A DNA stretch of 64,000 nt from Octopus vulgaris. Lineage: Eukaryota. Every line of letters begins with the position of its first letter. Position 1 is the stretch's first letter. The notes under the pieces are model-generated. The model was not told where the DNA came from. It did no database searches and saw only the letters and a list, made by a program, of their open reading frames with translations. The position numbers and the translations under genes were made by a program. The stretch is taken from the NCBI GenBank assembly GCA_951406725.2, contig OX597818.1, positions 146,940,001 through 147,004,000 of the forward strand, read 5' to 3'. This document shows positions 62,585 to 64,000 of this stretch, one piece after another.

Positions 62585-63290
62585 CATCATCATCGTTTAA
62601 CATCCGCTTTCCATGCTAGCATGGGTTGGGACGATTTGACTGAGAACTGGCGAACCAGATGGCTGCACCAGGCTCCAATCTTGATCTCATATATATATAA
62701 AGGAAAATTGTTGGTGCATGATTTAAGGGCTATTTAGCTGTTATTTTTATTACATCTCATGACTACCTCATACTCTCCTCATTTGTTAGTCAGTCTGAAT
62801 ATTGATGCTTTTCAATATATTTCTCCCCATAAACACATTTAATGGTCTACTGCTTGGATTCAAGCCAAAAATTCAGACTGTTCATATTTTAAACAGTGAT
62901 TTTTAAAAAAGAATTCCAAAAACTTTAAAGCAAAAATATTTCGAAAAATTAAAAATTTAGTTTGTTCATAGTTGTGGTAATTCCTGTGTAGAATACAAAT
63001 TTGCAAAAATTTTCTGAAAATTTTAAAAGTTAGAAAAGTTATGAGGTGTTATATGGCATGCTTATAACAGAATTCTACCAGATTTTTAATACTCACTACA
63101 TTAGATATGATAATGCTAATTGAACTAAACATTGATTTAGACCTTTTTGACATGTGAAGTTCATATCATGGTATTTTAATGCTGATGTTTGTCTGTCTCT
63201 TTGTTTTCCTCTTAGAATTATGAAAAGTTAAACATTGCTGATGCTTTACATTCACAATCCTTCGAAGATGGTGAAGTGGTACTAAGACAG
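20670..63290 (+). CDS. PRKAR2: cAMP-dependent protein kinase type II regulatory subunit (PKA-RII), multi-exon; first exon uncertain, 3' exons beyond the window
   Basis: Exons 20670-20705, 44322-44374, 49033-49116, 51372-51413, 54000-54064, 55888-56041, 58799-58900 and 63216-63290 all have AG/GT boundaries with compatible phases. Spliced translation: [204 protein letters not shown]. The phosphorylatable RRxS site and the ELALMYN.PRAAT cassette are RII hallmarks. Confidence 0.95.
21428..21830 (-). mobile_element. Internally deleted copy of the same mariner family
   Basis: TA plus TIR TTGGGTTGTCTGGAAAGTTCGTG at 21426-21450; N-terminal [13 protein letters not shown] is joined directly to C-terminal ...YSPDIAPSD...WEEGIFKL. 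Confidence 0.9.
23340..23552. repeat. 12-bp G-rich minisatellite GGT(G/T)GTGGTGAG
   Basis: About 17 tandem units with two variants. Confidence 0.95.
27995..28345 (+). mobile_element. SINE family A, young 5'-truncated copy
   Basis: CpG-rich body and complete tail; preceded by two older SINE heads. Confidence 0.85.
29688..29729 (-). ncRNA. Minimal hammerhead ribozyme with U3:A8 core variant
   Basis: ACUU-UUGACAA-U-CUUUUU cua AAAAAG-U-GAAA-CCGG-UC-AAGU; helix I ACUU/AAGU, palindromic ACCGGU helix III, GUC triplet. Confidence 0.62.
30180..30285 (+). ncRNA. Decayed hammerhead ribozyme with long loop 2 (copy 1 of a repeat, ~29930-30325)
   Basis: AUCAC-CUGAUGA-GAUACAUCU(~59 nt)AGAUGUGUU-GAAC-CAAUUG-UC-AAGAU; GAAA has become GAAC and the helix I 3' strand is mutated. 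Confidence 0.65.
30339..30490. repeat. Perfect 65-bp inverted repeat with 22-nt spacer
   Basis: 30339-30403 is the exact reverse complement of 30426-30490. Confidence 0.95.
31076..31405 (+). mobile_element. SINE family A, internal deletion near the tail
   Basis: A and B boxes plus body homologous to other copies. Confidence 0.88.
32741..33177 (-). mobile_element. SINE family A, full length
   Basis: Colinear with 18721-19109. Confidence 0.9.
34335..34760 (-). mobile_element. tRNA-derived SINE interrupted by a local templated insertion
   Basis: Minus head TGGCTCAGTGGTTAGAGCG...GAGTTTGAATCC; 34379-34471 duplicates 32334-32426. Confidence 0.75.
37551..37665 (+). ncRNA. Hammerhead ribozyme with long loop 2, U16.1 mutated
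   Basis: AUUAUCCCAU-CUGAGGA-GUUUUC(~66 nt)GAAGAU-GAAA-CAAUUG-CU-GUGGUAAU. Confidence 0.62.
37785..37889 (-). ncRNA. Decayed hammerhead ribozyme with long loop 2 (copy 2 of the same repeat, ~37735-38085)
   Basis: AUCAC-CCGAUAA-GAUACAUCU(...)AGAUGUCUC-GAAA-CAAUUG-UU-GUGAU; helix I perfect, CUGAUGA box mutated. Confidence 0.65.
38375..39623 (+). mobile_element. Full-length Tc1-like (DD34E) transposon fossil
   Basis: TA-CAGGGGTCAGACAAAATAATAGAAACACC and GGTGTTTCCATTATTTTGACCAACCCTTG TIRs. The transposase 38552-39576 ([27 protein letters not shown]) is broken by stops and frameshifts. Confidence 0.93.
41184..41470 (+). mobile_element. SINE family A, internal deletion
   Basis: Head and tail present, middle body missing. 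Further partial copies at ~4810-4998, 10930-11150, 15620-15740, 36836-36950, 38155-38300, 56815-56955, 57905-58255 and 61535-61680. Confidence 0.85.
42175..42565 (-). mobile_element. Two adjacent SINEs of family B sharing a central GCCTTTCATCCTTTCGGGGTCGATAAA domain
   Basis: Both carry GAGTTCAAATTC B-box-like heads but have different tails. Related copies at ~2150-2280, 15030-15220, 33718-33915, 42915-43110, 43960-44160, 50380-50520 and 53170-53400. Confidence 0.8.
44322..44374 (+). CDS. PRKAR2: PKA-RII exon (V)[17 protein letters not shown] (53 nt)
   Basis: tctttcag|TTTGTGCTGAAGCTTATGATCCAGAA...GTAAAA|gtaaga; conserved RII VCAEAY.P motif. Confidence 0.93.
48045..48260 (+). mobile_element. 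RTE LINE internal fragment
   Basis: [22 protein letters not shown]...[10 protein letters not shown], homologous to 13200-13640. Confidence 0.75.
49033..49116 (+). CDS. PRKAR2: PKA-RII exon [28 protein letters not shown] (84 nt)
   Basis: cgttcag|GTAATACATCCT...GAGCCA|gtaagt; N3A helical motif of CNB-A. Confidence 0.95.
51372..51413 (+). CDS. PRKAR2: PKA-RII exon [14 protein letters not shown] (42 nt)
   Basis: cattgcag|GAAAGA...AGAAAG|gtaatt; DAMFE motif. Confidence 0.93.
54000..54064 (+). CDS. PRKAR2: PKA-RII exon [21 protein letters not shown] (65 nt)
   Basis: gttgtag|GTAGAACAA...GACAG|gtttgt; [11 protein letters not shown] motif of the CNB beta-barrel. Confidence 0.95.
54369..54405 (-). 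ncRNA. 5'-truncated minimal hammerhead remnant
   Basis: aUGAUGA-GUUU cuaaua AAAC-C-GAAA-CAUG-UC-CAUAG; helix I 5' strand and C3 lost. Confidence 0.45.
54427..55339. repeat. Inverted pair of a ~170-bp repeat (54427-54600 / 55173-55339)
   Basis: Arms align as reverse complements with scattered substitutions. Confidence 0.9.
55538..55822. repeat. Complex ~104-bp tandem repeat with internal palindromes
   Basis: AGGTACCA(A/C)ATCTGACATCC recurs four times; TTCACC(C)TTGAAGGGTGAA-like palindromes. Confidence 0.8.
55888..56041 (+). CDS. PRKAR2: PKA-RII exon with CNB-A phosphate-binding cassette (154 nt)
   Basis: tttgcag|TGGACAG...GCTTTA|gtaagt; [17 protein letters not shown] with the invariant Glu and Arg intact. 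Confidence 0.97.
56199..56500 (+). mobile_element. Second copy of the V-domain-like SINE
   Basis: Colinear with 7723-8020 along the whole length. Confidence 0.8.
58799..58900 (+). CDS. PRKAR2: PKA-RII exon [34 protein letters not shown] (102 nt)
   Basis: ttttccag|GACAGA...CTTGAT|gtaaga; B/C helix. Confidence 0.96.
58940..59625. repeat. Degenerate ~21-23-bp minisatellite (GTCATA(C/T)..TGTGTATCCCA)
   Basis: Roughly 30 decayed units starting ~40 nt after the donor at 58901. Confidence 0.75.
60538..61166. mobile_element. Two direct copies of a TTAA-flanked MITE (60538-60768 and 60954-61166)
   Basis: TTAA-TCCTTTAG...GCTAAAGG(C/G)-TTAA ends and colinear interiors. Confidence 0.75.
63216..63290 (+). 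CDS. PRKAR2: PKA-RII exon [25 protein letters not shown] (75 nt), start of CNB-B
   Basis: cctcttag|AATTAT...AGACAG|gtaagt; ADAL motif. Confidence 0.95.
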
Positions 63291-63539
63291 GTAAGTAAAA
63301 ACATTTGTCACTTCTGTAAGAAATTTCCAGAAACTATTACCATACATTTTCAGCTTCTTATTTCAGTCAATTATTCTCTAGTTGTCTTCAAGGCACACTT
63401 ATTTCTATACACTTATTTCTACACACACAGTGTGTGGGTTGTGGTAATCTCATTTCCAACCCACATGTTGTGTGGGTTGAAAATGAGATGCTATCTCATC
63501 ATGTTAAGCATTTCCCATTTGGACCACATCACAAATGAA

Positions 63540-63800
63540 CTGAGCTGCATTGGAACCACTGTCTGGCACCACAATGGAACTTCCCATCATGAAGACCTTC
63601 TCATGATAGTGAAGGAAAGAAAGCTAATAATAGTACAGCTGTCAATAACAAGATCCAGTGGCCTTGGAAAAACCATTTTTCAAGGAACTATGAAGGAATG
63701 AAGAAGGAGATATGAATAGAAGAGAAGGAAAACCAACATCCTGGAATGGAGAAAGAAGTCGTTAGTGGAGACTACAATTCTCACAGCTGTAACAGATGGA
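63540..63800 (+). mobile_element. Old RTE-type LINE C-terminal fragment
   Basis: EDLLMIVKERKL...ITRSSGLGKTIFQGTM..RRR resembles the RTE ORF C-terminus; a similar decayed piece lies at ~26150-26450. Confidence 0.55.
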
Positions 63801-64000
63801 GAAAACTTGAATACAGCAGAGGCACAATGGTGACTCTTACAAGTTCACAGGAAGATGAGGGTGGGCCAAGTATAGAGGTGATTATGTGTGTGCATAATAA
63901 GCCTTTGGATTCTATTTTAAAATATGTGTTTATGTTTCTTCATTTGTGTATGTATGAATGTGTGTGTGTGTACATATATGCATATCTGTGTATATGTAAA

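Overview
AT-rich, microsatellite- and SINE-dense animal genomic DNA; the repeat landscape strongly suggests an octopus/cephalopod (inference). The only host gene I can support is a + strand, intron-rich type II regulatory subunit of cAMP-dependent protein kinase (PKA-RII, PRKAR2-like). Eight GT-AG exons between 20670 and 63290 splice in frame to give the RRKSV inhibitor site, a complete CNB-A domain ([16 protein letters not shown]) and the start of CNB-B, and the gene runs off the 3' end. No dimerization/docking (D/D) exon is visible; a candidate alternative first coding exon at 18450-18516 would give a D/D-less isoform. The rest is transposon debris: a Penelope-like element (GIY-YIG), RTE and CR1 LINEs, mariner and Tc1 fossils, piggyBac-type MITEs, a Helitron end and several tRNA-derived SINE families. 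The most striking hidden signal is about ten type I hammerhead ribozyme motifs from several unrelated Penelope/retrozyme-like repeat families. They have minimal palindromic helix III, often greatly enlarged loop 2, and C-G, G-C and U-A versions of the core 3:8 pair. All folds were derived by eye, and repeat boundaries are approximate.
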